Assembly: GCF_018350175.1 (NCBI RefSeq)
Contig: NC_058379.1
Location: forward strand, 29,326,001-29,390,000
DNA from: Felis catus
Lineage: Eukaryota
Direction of reading: 5' to 3'
Length of the DNA: 64,000 nt
The translations under genes were made by a program, and so were the position numbers. The notes below the pieces were generated by a model. That model saw only the letters and a list, made by a program, of their open reading frames with translations, had not been told where the DNA came from and searched no databases. Within the stretch, counting starts at the first letter, position 1. Every line of letters begins with the position of its first letter. Shown here in pieces: positions 25,546 to 37,619 of the stretch.

Positions 25546-28500
25546 GCCTTCCACTGCCCACTCCCACCCAGCTCCTGGTGCCCTAGGAGGACCTCCAGGA
25601 AACCCCCTACTCCTTGTGGAGCATCCATGCCCTATATGACATGATGCCTGTCTGCTCTGGTGCAGCCGCCTAAGAAGCCACTGTTCCTGGAAATGGGACA
25701 AGTCTCCAAGCTGGGCCACATGCCACACCCACCATCGAGGTACACTCTCACAGACAGTGCAGGGCTCCGTGGCCACCAACAAAACCCAAGGGACCCTCGG
25801 CCCTTTGGTAGCTTCCTGGATTTCCTTGTCAAAGGCCAGGTGCTGGACAGCCTACAGACGGTGGTGGAGGAGGCCACTGAGCGCATGACCACCATGAAGA
25901 CAGAGGCTGGAGTGCCACTGGTGGAGGTGCAGGACCCAATAGAGGTACCAAGGGGTAGGCGGCGGGTACGTGCCCAGCCTAGCCTCAGTACCATGCACCG
26001 GCACCATGTCCGGCCCAGCCTCTGCACTGGATGTCCCAACAACTACCCATCCTGCTCCAGCTCCATGTCTGACTCCCATAGCAGCCTCACAGCTGGCTGG
26101 CTGGGATCCCACAGCCAGGACAGTGACCTGGGCACCCGTGGCATGGGCTCACTGCCACCCATGAGGGACAAACTTTTGCTGGAGAAGAACCTCAAACGGC
26201 TGCTGAAGCTGAAGAACAGAGGGGTGAGATCCAGGGCCATGGCACAGGGTAGGCAGGATGGACCCCAGTCCAGAACCCAGGGCTAGGGTTAGGCCTGGCT
26301 TGGCTGCCCCTGAATGTCCCCCTCTCTTTGCAGAAAGGCCTGGATCAGTCCTGCTTCCAGAGGGACTCCCTGCTGTGGGATTCACTGGACAGCCATGCCA
26401 GCAACCAGTGGACCCGGGAGCCGCCTCTGTCCTCGTTCTCAGGCCAGCTGGGCTCAAGCTCAGGCACACCTCAAACATCAGAGTTGGGCCCTGGAGAACA
26501 GGAACTGATTTGCCTCAAGCAAGAGTTTAATAAGGACATCAAGTCATTGTTGAGCCAGCCAGCATCCTTTGACCTGCCTGGCTACTGTTCATTCCGTGAG
26601 CCCCATCGGACTCTGGACTTTCTGGCTGAGCACCAGCTCTTTCCTGCCCTGCAGAGTGTGGTCAGCCAGGCTGTGGACAAGCTCCGTGGTGCCTGCCGCC
26701 ATGATGGCTGCCCTCTCTTCCCATCAGAATGGGAGCCCGCAACAGAGCCCAACTCTGACTCCATGCCAGGCTCCAAGCTAGCCACACCCACTGATGAGGA
26801 GGAGCCCTATGATATGCTACCCACCAGAACCTCCAGCCCCAAGATGGCTCGCAGAAAGAGCACCAAGGGCAGAGGACAGGCCAAGCCCAAGGAAGGTGGT
26901 TCCCCCATGTCCAGTGCCCAAGTGGCCACCAGACTCAGGCTCAAGGTAACACCCACAGAAGAACCCAAGGTCCCCTCACCCCACCGCAGACAGGAGGTGC
27001 CTGGCCAGGACCCTGAAATACAGACACCATCCATACCTACTTCGGGGCCCCTGAGCTTCAGCCAGAAGGCCCAGCCCTGGCGGAGCCTGCACCTCACCCT
27101 GCCTGCCCCTGGGATCGTAGTTGAAGGGCCCTCCAGCCAGACCCAGCCCACCACCCAGGGCACAGTTCCTCTCATCTCCCTCTCCCCTCACGTCTCCCAC
27201 CACCTCCCCGTGTTCTCACCACTTGCCTCCTCAGTAAGAAGCTTCTCCCCATCTACTTCACTGTATCCAGAGGTGACCTCAAGGGTAGGACAAGGGGGTT
27301 TAGGGAAGGGTTCCTTCAGCAACCACCCTTAGCCACCATCACAGGTATCTTGCCCTGCACTGTGGAAACCACCTGAGCCGGGGACGAACTGATGGGGGGC
27401 AGAAATCCTGGCCTGGTTACTGTCAGGTGTTGTTGAAGATGAATAAAGCCAAGATTTTATTCTGGGCCTTTTTGTAACGTTTGCCTGTGAATCTGAGGGG
27501 CCCTTCTATGTGGGGAGGGTCCTGTCCCTTGTAGACAGCAGCTTAAACCCAGAGTGGGGCCCCACATCCTAGGCCCAGCTACCTGTGCTCCCACTAACCT
27601 AGGATCCTCCAGTGTGTCTGCTGAGAGGGAGTTGCTCAGAAAGAGTATAGAGAAGACATAGGTGGCTTCACCCTGGTAGACCCCCAGCACAGCCCCTGAC
27701 CTTCATCTCACCCATCAAGGCCGAGGCAGGCTTCCTTCCTCTGAACCTTGGTCTGGGGGACAATCTACCAGAGCCCAGGTTATCCACGCTCCAGTTTGGG
27801 TGGCACTGTGACTGACATCACCAGCTTGGCCCCAGGCCTGACCGGTTTGGTCAAGTGTGGGAACAGTGTGGTAAGTGTGAGGGTGTGGCCCACATGCAGG
27901 ACCAGGGCTCAGCTGCTGATTGAGACAGGACAGCAGATGTGGCAAGGCCATAACACTAGTGCAACAAGCGTGGCATCTGTGTGGGTGATGTGGATGGAGG
28001 GTGCTCGGGTGTGAGGGGCATCCTGAGGCATCAGGAATGGCATGACGTGTCTCCTTTTCCCTCCCCGGCTATTGCACTAGAGCCCCAGTTACAAGTTCAT
28101 AAAGAAGAAGCCACTGCCCTCCATCTCATCCAAGTCTACCATATCCCACCTCTCCAACCCCTTGTACCAGGAGCTCATCAACTACTTGGTGGAGCAGGCT
28201 GTGTCCTTGCTCATCTGCAAGTACAAATTCGAGAAGAACCTTTCCAAGCAGCTAGGCTTCATCTCATTCCCTGTCACCGAGACGCTCGTGGACCTCCTCC
28301 TGGGCTTCAAGAAAGTGAAGGGCTCCCACATCTGCCTGTCCTCAAAGATCAACTGGAGCTGCCTGTTGCGCAAGCTGGAGGAGGCAGAGTGGGCCCGACA
28401 GCTGTCTAGACAAGGGTCCCAGCACGACTCCCACCGCGGCACCGCCCACCGCAGCACTGCCCACCAGGGGGCACCCCGGAGCAACACGGAGTCCCCCTCC

Positions 28501-28857
28501 ATGCTGCCTGAGCCGTCCACCCAAAAGAATCAGGAGGAGGACACAGAGCCCACTCTCCACAGTGAGTTGCTGGACCCTCAGCTCCTCCCAGCTCAGGAGG
28601 ATACTACACTCGAGGAGAAGGAGCCCAAGAGCCAGGAGGAGCCCAGGCCCTTCATGTTCACTGGCACAGACAGGGGCTCCGATCTGTGTCAGGAAGTTGT
28701 AGACATGGACAGTCAAGGTGATGAGGAGGAAGAGGACGAGGACAAGAATGATGACTTCTTTGGGGACAAGGGCAAACCCCAGAGCTCTCCCGAGTCTCAA
28801 GTGGAGGCCGATGTCAGCAGTGACTCCAGAGATGTGGGCCACAGTCACGCTCCGTGA
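24751..28857 (+). CDS. CCDC116: Coiled-coil domain containing 116, long isoform, 4 coding exons, about 672 aa
   Basis: Exons 24751-24822 (MTSCRHHSGYLADDEAGHTTYVAR), 25666-26223, 26334-26945 and 28081-28857, all phase 0. Recognisable motifs FLDFL..QVLDSLQTVVEEATERM, DKLLLEKNLKRLL, HQLFPALQSVVSQAVDKL and KYKFEKNLSKQLGF; acidic tail. AATAAA at 29022-29027. Lies between YDJC and SDF2L1, as in human. Confidence 0.92.
25495..25543. repeat. (CA)n microsatellite
   Basis: Perfect dinucleotide run. Confidence 0.95.
26946..27332 (+). CDS. CCDC116: CCDC116 alternative C-terminus (exon read-through with intronic polyadenylation)
   Basis: The frame stays open 128 codons past the donor at 26946 to TAG at 27330-27332, followed by AATAAA at 27442-27447. 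Confidence 0.6.
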   Translation, partial: VTPTEEPKVPSPHRRQEVPGQDPEIQTPSIPTSGPLSFSQKAQPWRSLHLTLPAPGIVVEGPSSQTQPTTQGTVPLISLSPHVSHHLPVFSPLASSVRSFSPSTSLYPEVTSRVGQGGLGKGSFSNHP

Positions 28858-30321
28858 GGCCTATGAGTTGCACCCAGTGCTTGATTCCCTGCTCCTCCTC
28901 TTGCTCCAATGGAGTGCTGCCCCCCCCCCCACACACACCGGCCCTTGCCCTGAGCAGAGGTCAGGGTGGTCTGAATGCCCACGAGGAGCTCTGCTGGCCT
29001 ATCAGGAAAGCCAGAGGGAGAAATAAAGTCTGTGTTGATGGAGCACAGTTTTCTTGTCTGGAGATTTCAGCCCCGCTTCCGTATGACTGAGCACCTGCGC
29101 CTGAAGTAACACCTCCCGCAGGCCTGGACACAGACAGCCATCATGACAGCTGGCCATACCCTGACCCCCACCCCTTCCCCTTCACCTCACATGCATGCTT
29201 GAACACAAGTGTCTGCTTACGGTTCTTCTCTGCCCCAGTGTACACCTTCCTGACTCTTCAAGCCTCTTAGGATTCATGGTGCATTTTCCTAATGGCTCCT
29301 GAGCATTGTGGTTCCTGCTTCCAGAGAGCTCCTCCTCTGCCAGGGCAGCAACCTGCTACCTTTGCTGTGCCACACCCTCATGTTCCTATTGGGGAACCAC
29401 GCATCCTCCCTTTCCTGATATTCCCATGCCTACCTGTCTTCCTAATTTGTATTTCCCAGCTCCCAGCTCCTGAATCTGGAGGATCCAAACTAGGTCACAT
29501 GGGGGCTCATGGTCTGTCAAGCTGTGGATTGGCTGCTCCAGGCTGGCCATGTGACTACCCTTTCAGTAGTGCCCCTGGCCAGACAGCTTTCTCTGAAAGG
29601 GTCTGTGGGCATGGCTGGTGCTGTGATTGGCAGGTCTCATCTCCAAGGTTCTTCTGGGGCTTCTGGCCATCCTGTGCTACCAGCTCAGAACCTGCCTTCT
29701 CTCTGCCTTCCCAGGACAGCCATTTTGTTCCGCTGTTCAGGCATCTTCACCTAGGGAACCGCTCAACCTCTCTCCCCTCCACCCTGTCAAAAGAACATGT
29801 GAAGATGCTCCACTCTGATTCGCTGTGTGGGCTGCTGTTTCAGGGATATGGGGGAGGTGTGAGCCACCTGCTCACACAGATCACACAGGTCCCACCTGGG
29901 CGTATAGAGCCCAAGTCTGCTCAACCAAGCCTGACCACGCTCAGTGCTCCATGTGTGAAGACACAGTGACTGCAGAGCTTCTCTGGAGCCAGTCAGGGAG
30001 GAGCTTCCATACCACACCCATGCCCTGTGGTTCAAGGAGAAAGACCTGCTCTGCTGCCAGTCAGAGCAACAGGGGTCCTAAGTTGGTGGATCAGGGACCC
30101 ATTTTTCCAGAGATCTCTTGTGGCAAGGATCTTTTAGGGCATATGCTCAACTCATAAGGCCCATTCCCTGAGGCCACCCACAGTGTCGGGCCACAACATT
30201 TTTGTACCTTTTTGCCATATCACTTGGCCACAGTTGACTAGCCCTCTTGACACATCCCTATTCTAAGCTAGGCCAGTCAGGTGTTTGCCCTAGGAGCTTG
30301 CAATTGGGGTGGACCGAGAGA

Positions 30322-31892
30322 TTTTTATTTTTTATTTTTTAAGTTTATTTATTTTTAGTAAGCTCTACACCTAACCTGGGGCTCGAACTCACAACCCTGA
30401 GATCAAGAGACATGCTCTTCCAATTGAGCCTGCCAGGCATGCTGGCATAGACTGGGAAATTCTGGTGCAGTTTGCACTGAGTGCTAAAAACAAGGGTGGA
30501 CAGTGTGGAGCATCTCCCCCACCCCCCCCCACCCCTCTCTGGAGAGGCAAGAAATCCTGTCTGTAGGACAGAACCAGGAGGGGAGCCCTAGGGCTCTCAG
30601 AGACAGCAGCTGGCATGAAACCTGCCAGCTTTCCAGGTCTCTCTGCCAAGTCCTCAAGGGAAAAAGAACATACACCCACCCTGGCCTCAGAGGCACATGT
30701 CTAGGGAATGTCCCTGGAGTGGGAGCAGCCCCTTTGGGAACCACTGGTACACTGTGCTAAAGACATCTGACTTTAGCTCCTGTATCTGTATCAGGTATCT
30801 GTTGCTATGTAACCACTCCAAGGCTTAAGTGGCTTCAAACAAAGTCATCATTTTTCCTGATGCTGGTGGTTGGCAGGCTCAGCTGGCAGTGGTGGAGATA
30901 GTTTCTTGTGTGGCTGCTTTTAGCTGGGGACATGGCTGAGACCAGAACATCCCACATGGCCTCTCCCCCTCTAGGATCTCCCCAAGGCCCCTACCCATTC
31001 ATTCAGTCCTCTGGCCTGCACTTCCTTACAGCACGGTGCAGCAGCTGGCTTCCTAGAGAGACAAATCGAGAACCACTGGTCCTCTTGCAGCTTTGCTCAG
31101 AAGCCCCAAAACAGCATTTCTGTGCCATTCTCTTGGTCAAAGCGAATGGCAATGCCTGCCCAGATTCAAGGGGAGGGAAAATGGAGTCCATGTGTTAATG
31201 AGAGAAGCAGCTTACACTTACAGGGATGGAAGGAACTGTTAGTAGCCATATTTGGAGACCAGCTACTACCCCTCCTCCCCATCCATAGCTGATTTCACCT
31301 TGAGCAGTCCCTGGAACCAAGTAGAGCAGATCAGATTCTTTTCTGAACCTGAAGACAAACTGTGGCTGGAAAGCAGAAGTCTGCGGAGACACCATAGTCA
31401 GTCCTGAGCATCTGCCAGCTGCGGAAGCCGGTATGCAGCGGGGAGCAGGGAAAGAGAACAGCTCCAGCCATGAAGCTCTGAGAAAGTTGATGGAGAGCCA
31501 TGTTGGTTTCTCCTATTCCAGTTCTTGGGTCTCTGCTGTACTTGGAATTCTGTCTTTGCCTGTTGGGAAGATTGCTTGCTGTGTCCTCACCACCCTCTGG
31601 TCTTACATGCAGTGGGAAGCTGTTGGCAGCTTTCAGCAGGTGCCTGGCATGATCTGATATATGCTTTTTTTTTTTTCAGATTTTATTTTTAAGTAATCTC
31701 TACACCCAACCTGGGGCTCAAACTCACAACCCTGAGATCAAGTGTCACACACTCCACCTACTGAGCCAGCCAGGCGCCCCTGATTTTTTATTTTTATTAT
31801 TTTTAAGTAGGCTCCATGTCCAACTCGGGCTTGAACTCATGACCCTGAGATCAAGGGTCACATGCTCTACTGCTGAGCCAGCCAGGTGCCCT
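30322..31892. mobile_element. Short Can-SINEs (about 30322-30437, 31665-31780, 31785-31892) and an MLT1/MaLR LTR (about 30785-31260)
   Basis: SINE heads ctgagccagccaggcgcccc; MLT1-like tgttgctatgtaaccactccaa...cccagattcaaggggagggaaaatggagtcc. Confidence 0.7.
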
Positions 31893-33386
31893 CTGATATA
31901 TGCTTTTTAAGGTATAAAAAGGTATATATTCTCCCTGTTGGAGAATGACTTGGAGGGGCCGGAGCGATGGAAATACAGAAATCTGTTAAGAGGCAGTGGT
32001 CAATATCTGGAGGGGGATGGGGTGGCTTGGATTAGGGTGGTGATAAGGAATGCAGGAGAGATGCTTCACAATCTGTTTTAGAGTTAGAGCCACCAATATG
32101 TGTTGGATGAGATGCTAGGTATGCGGTAAAGAGAGCAACTGAAGATAAGTCCCAAATGGGGGGGGGGCGGGAGGGGATGGAGGTACCATTACTAAGACTC
32201 CCTCTATGGAGAGGGAGCAGTTTGAGGGAAGAGACCAAGAATTCTGCTTTGGACATAATAAGTCTGAGATGCTTGTTGGTATCCAAGAGGATATTTTCAT
32301 TGCTTCCCAGATTACACTCTAGCCCCTCCACCCTGGAGTGGAGGCCCCTCAAGGGCAGGGTCTGCCAATGCCAGGGCATACCTTTAGCAACTTAGACACC
32401 CTAAACCCTGAAAGAATCAAGTGTCTTATACCATATGTAATTCAAAATAGAAACAATATTAAACATGAAAACCCCAAAATAACATGTTTCTATAATTAAA
32501 ATGGCTCTATTCTGGACTTTCTGAACGCAAAATTCTGAATGATTTAATTAAATATAAACTTTTATCCCTGCTTTGTTGCACCTCAAGTGCATGGGTAGTC
32601 AGCCCATTGAGCAATGCAGCCCAGAGCCAGTTCCCCAGTGGCCCCTAGCACAGGGAGTTAAGTCAAGATAAGAATGTTCCACGAATGAATAAACAGTCAT
32701 ATAAGTTTTCCTCCTTGAAGACAGCTGACAGCCCTCTGAGAAGGCAGTGAGACTGGGACCCACTCGTGTCAGAAACCTGGGACACATGGTTATCTACACT
32801 TATTTCCCAAAGTCACTTGGTTGGCTAGGGCTCTGATTTCCTAAGAAACCTTGGGGTCTCCTGTTGAGAGAACCTATCATCTTCAACACCACAGATCTCT
32901 GCTGCCCTCTGCTGCCCGATAGTCGAATGACCATGTGATTCTGCCCTGGAAAAAGTGAGTGGTCAGAGGAATTAAAAACCCACAAAGTCCAGAGACTGAG
33001 GTGACCCATTGTCAGGAAGGCAATGACCGAGTAACTGGGGGATTAACTAATCCCGGGATCCAGAGACTGAAGAGCCAAGTGATCCAATATCTGAGATACA
33101 TCGACCTTGTAACTACAAAATCTAGTAGTCCGGCAACCTCAAGACCCTGAAGCTGAGGACCAAGAGTCCGAGAGGAAAGATCGTGATTGAAGCCCCGAAG
33201 ATCCAAGATCAAAGGGCTTTGTGAACACGTACCCGCAGGGTCTTGGATTCCCAGCCTGGTGTCCAGGGTCTCAGCGGCTGCTGGGTGGGGCGCCCTCACC
33301 TACAGCGCGACTCCGCAGCTTCTCTCCTACCACTTGGCGCCGCACCAGCCTTCCTTAGGCATCATTCATTGGTGGGTCCTCGGAAG

Positions 33387-33518
33387 CGTGGACCAATCAA
33401 AACCCTCCTCGTGTCTCCAGCCCCCTCCCCAGTTGCCTCTCTGGAAAGCTAGGGGCGAGTCCCTTCCATGCCGACCCAATGGCAGTGCAGGCGGAGAGCC
33501 GTGCTGGCTGGCGATTGG
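33387..33518. promoter_or_regulatory. SDF2L1 ER-stress promoter elements (ERSE-II plus ERSE-like sites)
   Basis: CGTGGACCAAT at 33387-33397 is the reverse complement of ERSE-II ATTGG-N-CCACG. CCAAT-N9-CCTCG at 33393-33411 and the reverse-strand CCAAT-N9-GCACG at 33500-33518 each differ by one base from ERSE CCAAT-N9-CCACG. Confidence 0.75.
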
Positions 33519-33601
33519 CTGCCTCCAGTGCCTCTGTCATTGGCCGATGGCGGAGACGGAAGCGGCCCATGGGCCCGAGCTGCCGGAGCTCGGCCGGGGC
33601 G

Positions 33602-35454
33602 ATGTGGAGCGCGGGCCGCGGCCGAGCTGCCGGACCGGCGCTTGTAGGGCTGCTGCTGACTCTCTTGGTGCCAGGCAGCGGTGCCGCCAAGACTGGCGCG
33701 GGACTCGTGACCTGCGGGTCGGTGCTGAAGCTGTTCAACACGCAACACAGGGTGCGGCTGCACTCGCACGATATCAAATACGGATCCGGTGCGCAGAGGC
33801 CCGTGAATGGGGCATCGTCAGGGGGCGGAGCCCGGGGCTGGGAGTCTGAAGGCTGGGTGGTCGTGGGGAGTCTGCAGAGCCACGGGTCTGGGGGTCACCA
33901 GGGTGCCTCACTGACCGCCTGGAGTTGTTGGGGGGCCCAGGGGGACAAGGACCAGCGGTTTTAAGGGGGTCGTTGGGATATTGGGAGCGAGGAGGGTCGT
34001 CCAGGAGCTGCAGGCTAAGGGACTTGAGAGTTCAGCCAGAGACCAAGGGCCAGGGATTGGGGCTGGGAGTGAGCCCTTGGGGTCCCAGGGTTGAGGTTGT
34101 CGGGAAAGTTTATGGTGTCCGAGTCAAGTATAGGGAGTTCAGAGGTTGACCGCGACCTCGCGGTGGGGTGGGGTGTCGCCCCACAGGCAGCGGCCAACAG
34201 TCGGTGACTGGTGTGGAGGCGTCTGACGACGCCAATAGCTACTGGCGGATCCGTGGCGGCTCGGAGGGCGGGTGCCCGCGTGGGTCCCCGGTGCGCTGCG
34301 GGCAGGCGGTTCGGCTCACGCACGTGCTCACCGGTAAGAACCTACACACGCACCACTTTCCGTCGCCGCTGTCCAATAACCAGGTGAGTGGCCGGCCGGG
34401 AGAGGTTACTTGTGTTGGGGGGGGGGGGGGTGCAGGGACAGAATCTAGACTCCTCTCAGTGACTCTGAGCCTGAGCACTACCTCTGCCGGCGACTGACAG
34501 GAAGAGAGATCAGGCTGGATAACTTATTCTCCTGGGGGTGAGTTGGACCCAGGAAGAGGATCCATAAGGCCTTTGGGGTGGGGAACATGAAACCCAGCAG
34601 GGGATGAGGAACTCAGGCTGGGTCAGGAAGGATGAGTAGGAGTCCTCTAGGCCACAGAGGGGAGACTAGCGGCTTTGCAGGCCTGGCGAAGAGCTTGTGC
34701 TCCAATGGAGTTCACTGGAACTTGGGGAGGGAGAGGTAGAGGGGTGGAGTTGGGGTGGGAGGGGTTTGTGGGGTTAGGGACTGAGTGCTTAGGGGACTTG
34801 TCAGAAGAAAAAGTATGAAATTGAGTGAGGAGTTGTTGGGCATCACGTTGAGTGAGTCTCAGAGAGGTTAGGAAGGAGAACATGGAGAGAGGAGGAGGCT
34901 TTAGCTATGTGGGGGCCTGTGATCACCGCACAGACAGATGGGGTAGGGTGGACGTGTATTTGAAGAGCCCTTGCTGGGGAGAGCCTACTGGGTGCTGGGA
35001 GTGGTGGTTGTAGTGTCCCATTTTGCAGCTATGGAAGCTAAGGCTCAGAAAGGTACAGGGAAGGACCCAAGGCCCAGTGTTCTGGGTGTGAGTGTTGGTG
35101 CCAGACAAGTGATCACAGGGGACTCTGTGCCTTCTGTGGTGAACACTGTCCATCTGCCCCCTGCACCCATAGGAGGTGAGCGCCTTTGGGGAAGACGGTG
35201 AGGGTGACGACCTGGACCTGTGGACCGTGCGCTGCTCAGGGCAGCACTGGGAGCGAGAGGCTGCCGTGCGCTTCCAGCACGTGGGCACCTCCGTGTTCCT
35301 GTCGGTTACCGGGGAGCAGTATGGGAGCCCCATCCGTGGGCAGCACGAAGTGCATGGTATGTCCAGTGCCAGTACACACAATACGTGGAAGGCCATGGAA
35401 GGCATCTTCATCAAACCCAGTGTGGATCCCTCTGCAGGTCACGATGAACTCTGA
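33602..35454 (+). CDS. SDF2L1: Stromal cell-derived factor 2-like 1 (MIR-domain ER chaperone cofactor), 3 exons, 221 aa
   Basis: Exons 33602-33788, 34187-34383 and 35173-35454 (666 nt, GT-AG). Signal peptide, VTCGSVLKL..RLHSHDIKYGSGSGQQSVTG, LHTHHFPSPLSNNQEVSAFG and C-terminal HDEL. ATTAAA at 35555-35560. Confidence 0.98.
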
Positions 35455-37182
35455 GTGCCATGGATGGGTGGATGGAGGGCAGAAGGGTGGGGCATCTACA
35501 GGACCACTCTTGGTGGAGACTTTGGGTTTGTAGGGGTTTTCAAGTGCCTTTGTGATTAAAGAATGTTAGTCTGTGATTGTGTTTTGCTGTGAGCCTTGGG
35601 GTGGCCAGGAGGTACCCAGCTTCCCTGACTGGTTCACTATCTCTTCCTTAGTGCAAAACCCCTTGTCTCCAGCATGGAATGACAGCTAAACCTGTCCAAA
35701 CCTTGATGCTCTTTCATGTACTCCAGCACTGCCCTGGGCCATCACAACACCCTTCTCTATCCTTAGATGCTCTAATAGCAAGTGACTCCAGTTTCCTAGC
35801 CCCTGAGCTTCATCAATCTTCTGTTAAGGGCTATGACCAGGGCCAGGGCCTCAGCAGGATGAACAGTAGGCCCACTGCCTGCCAGCTAGAATGAAGCACA
35901 AGTTCTCTAGTGCCCTCATCCCTTGAGGTGGGTCCCTGTTCTCCTGCCTGGCACGTCTCCTCTAGCATTTGTGGCAGTCTTGACATTTGTCTTCGATTCA
36001 GCACCAAGCCAAGACTGCCCATCTGTTGGAAATTAACATCACAAGTTCCCTCACTCTTGGTGCAAATGGCACCCCTCACACCCTAGCCTGCCTGGGTATG
36101 TGGGCATCTCTAGCCCCCATTACAACCTTCCAGGGTCCCAAGGAGATTACAGAACTTCAAAAGATATTGCAAGGGAAAGTAACCACAAAGAACTGCTACC
36201 TGCAGATATCTGAGAAGGCTTCCTGGAAGGACAGTCACAATTTGGGTAAGCAAAACATTGCAACTTAAAGGCAGGAACAATAAATAGGAGGGCCCTAATG
36301 AAAGGAACAGTTAGTTTTGCTGGTGTGTAGGTGACCTCTAGAGGTTATGGTGGAGACTACAGGCTTCCTGGATTTGCTAAACTTGGCCCAGGTGTGGCTG
36401 TTTATATAGGAGGGGAGGGGTTTAAGGGAGCTGCTGGGGGTAGAGAGTGACACTTTTCCTGAATGAGAATACAAGAGCCCAAGGAGATGCTGGGGGTGGC
36501 AACTGGTTGGAAGAGGCTTGGAGGAATGTGGGCAGAGCACACTGCAGGTGAGAAATCTGTTGGCGTTATGGGGGTGGGAGAATAGCTCTAGCCAATTGTG
36601 AGACTTGAGGGGAGGTGGGTCACATGTAGGTGCTGAACCATTACTTCCCCACCCTCCCAACCCATGAGCTCCTGCTCTAGTCAAACACAGAGCTCCTGAC
36701 CCCTCCACTGCCAAACCTCTCAGACACTGTCTACAAGTTTAACCTCCTCTCCCATCACTCACCTGACCTGTGACAGGATTGGAGTACAACTAGATTAATA
36801 GCAGAATCAAAAAGTGCACAGCACATAGGAATCCTTGGGGAACCAAGGCTGAAGCTGTGGGAGCATATAAGATAGCTGAAGACAGAATGCAGGACAAGAC
36901 CAAAAATTAAATTGTCGTAGCAGTAGAGCACTCATTTATTGAACACTGTCAGGTGCTAGGCCAAGGATTTACACAGCATCTCATTTGCTCCTGGCAACAA
37001 CCCTGAAGCAGGCTCAATTATCATCTTAATTTTGCAGAGGAGGCAGCAAGTTGGTAAAGATTCAAACCCAGCTCTGCCTGCCTCAAAAACATTTACTCTC
37101 AGCCATTGGACTGAGAATAAAATGGGGGGCGGGGGGCGGTATGGGAAGGGACAGAAGCGATGTAGCCTAAGCATCGCCCCGC

Positions 37183-37184
<2 letters not shown>

Positions 37185-37228
<44 letters not shown>
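37185..37228. repeat. (CA)n microsatellite
   Basis: Perfect dinucleotide run. Confidence 0.95.
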
Positions 37229-37232
<4 letters not shown>

Positions 37233-37619
37233 GCTGTGTGAGGGCCAGTGTATATCCTTTTGGGTCATCAGCCTCGGTTAGGCACTTAATGAATGCTTAT
37301 CTACAAAATGGACCCAAGTCGACACCCACTTCCCCATACCCCCCACAGATCCACAAGGCTCCCTGGGCTCCAGGACCGGATCTGTGAAGTTCAGACCTAA
37401 CCGGCTTGCTTCAGGCAAACCCGTTCTGGTCAAACAGGACGATTAGGTGGGGTTTGGTGGGGAGGGGAGCTACCCAGCCGGGAAACCCAATGCAGCTGAA
37501 TATCAAATCCGGGAGACACAGGGAGGGATGTGAGCACGCAAAACGAAGCAGCCCTGCTCCACAGCAGGCTAGACACAGGTTTCAGGGTTTCAGAATTCTT
37601 AGGATCGCAGCCCTCTTCC

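Noticed and set aside
29292-29969. 225-aa ORF downstream of CCDC116
   Set aside because: It lies beyond the CCDC116 poly(A) signal, has no convincing splice or promoter context, and its composition looks random.
33187-33849. 220-aa ORF overlapping SDF2L1 exon 1 in another frame
   Set aside because: It starts upstream of the probable TSS in a GC-rich island and is best explained by stop-codon scarcity.
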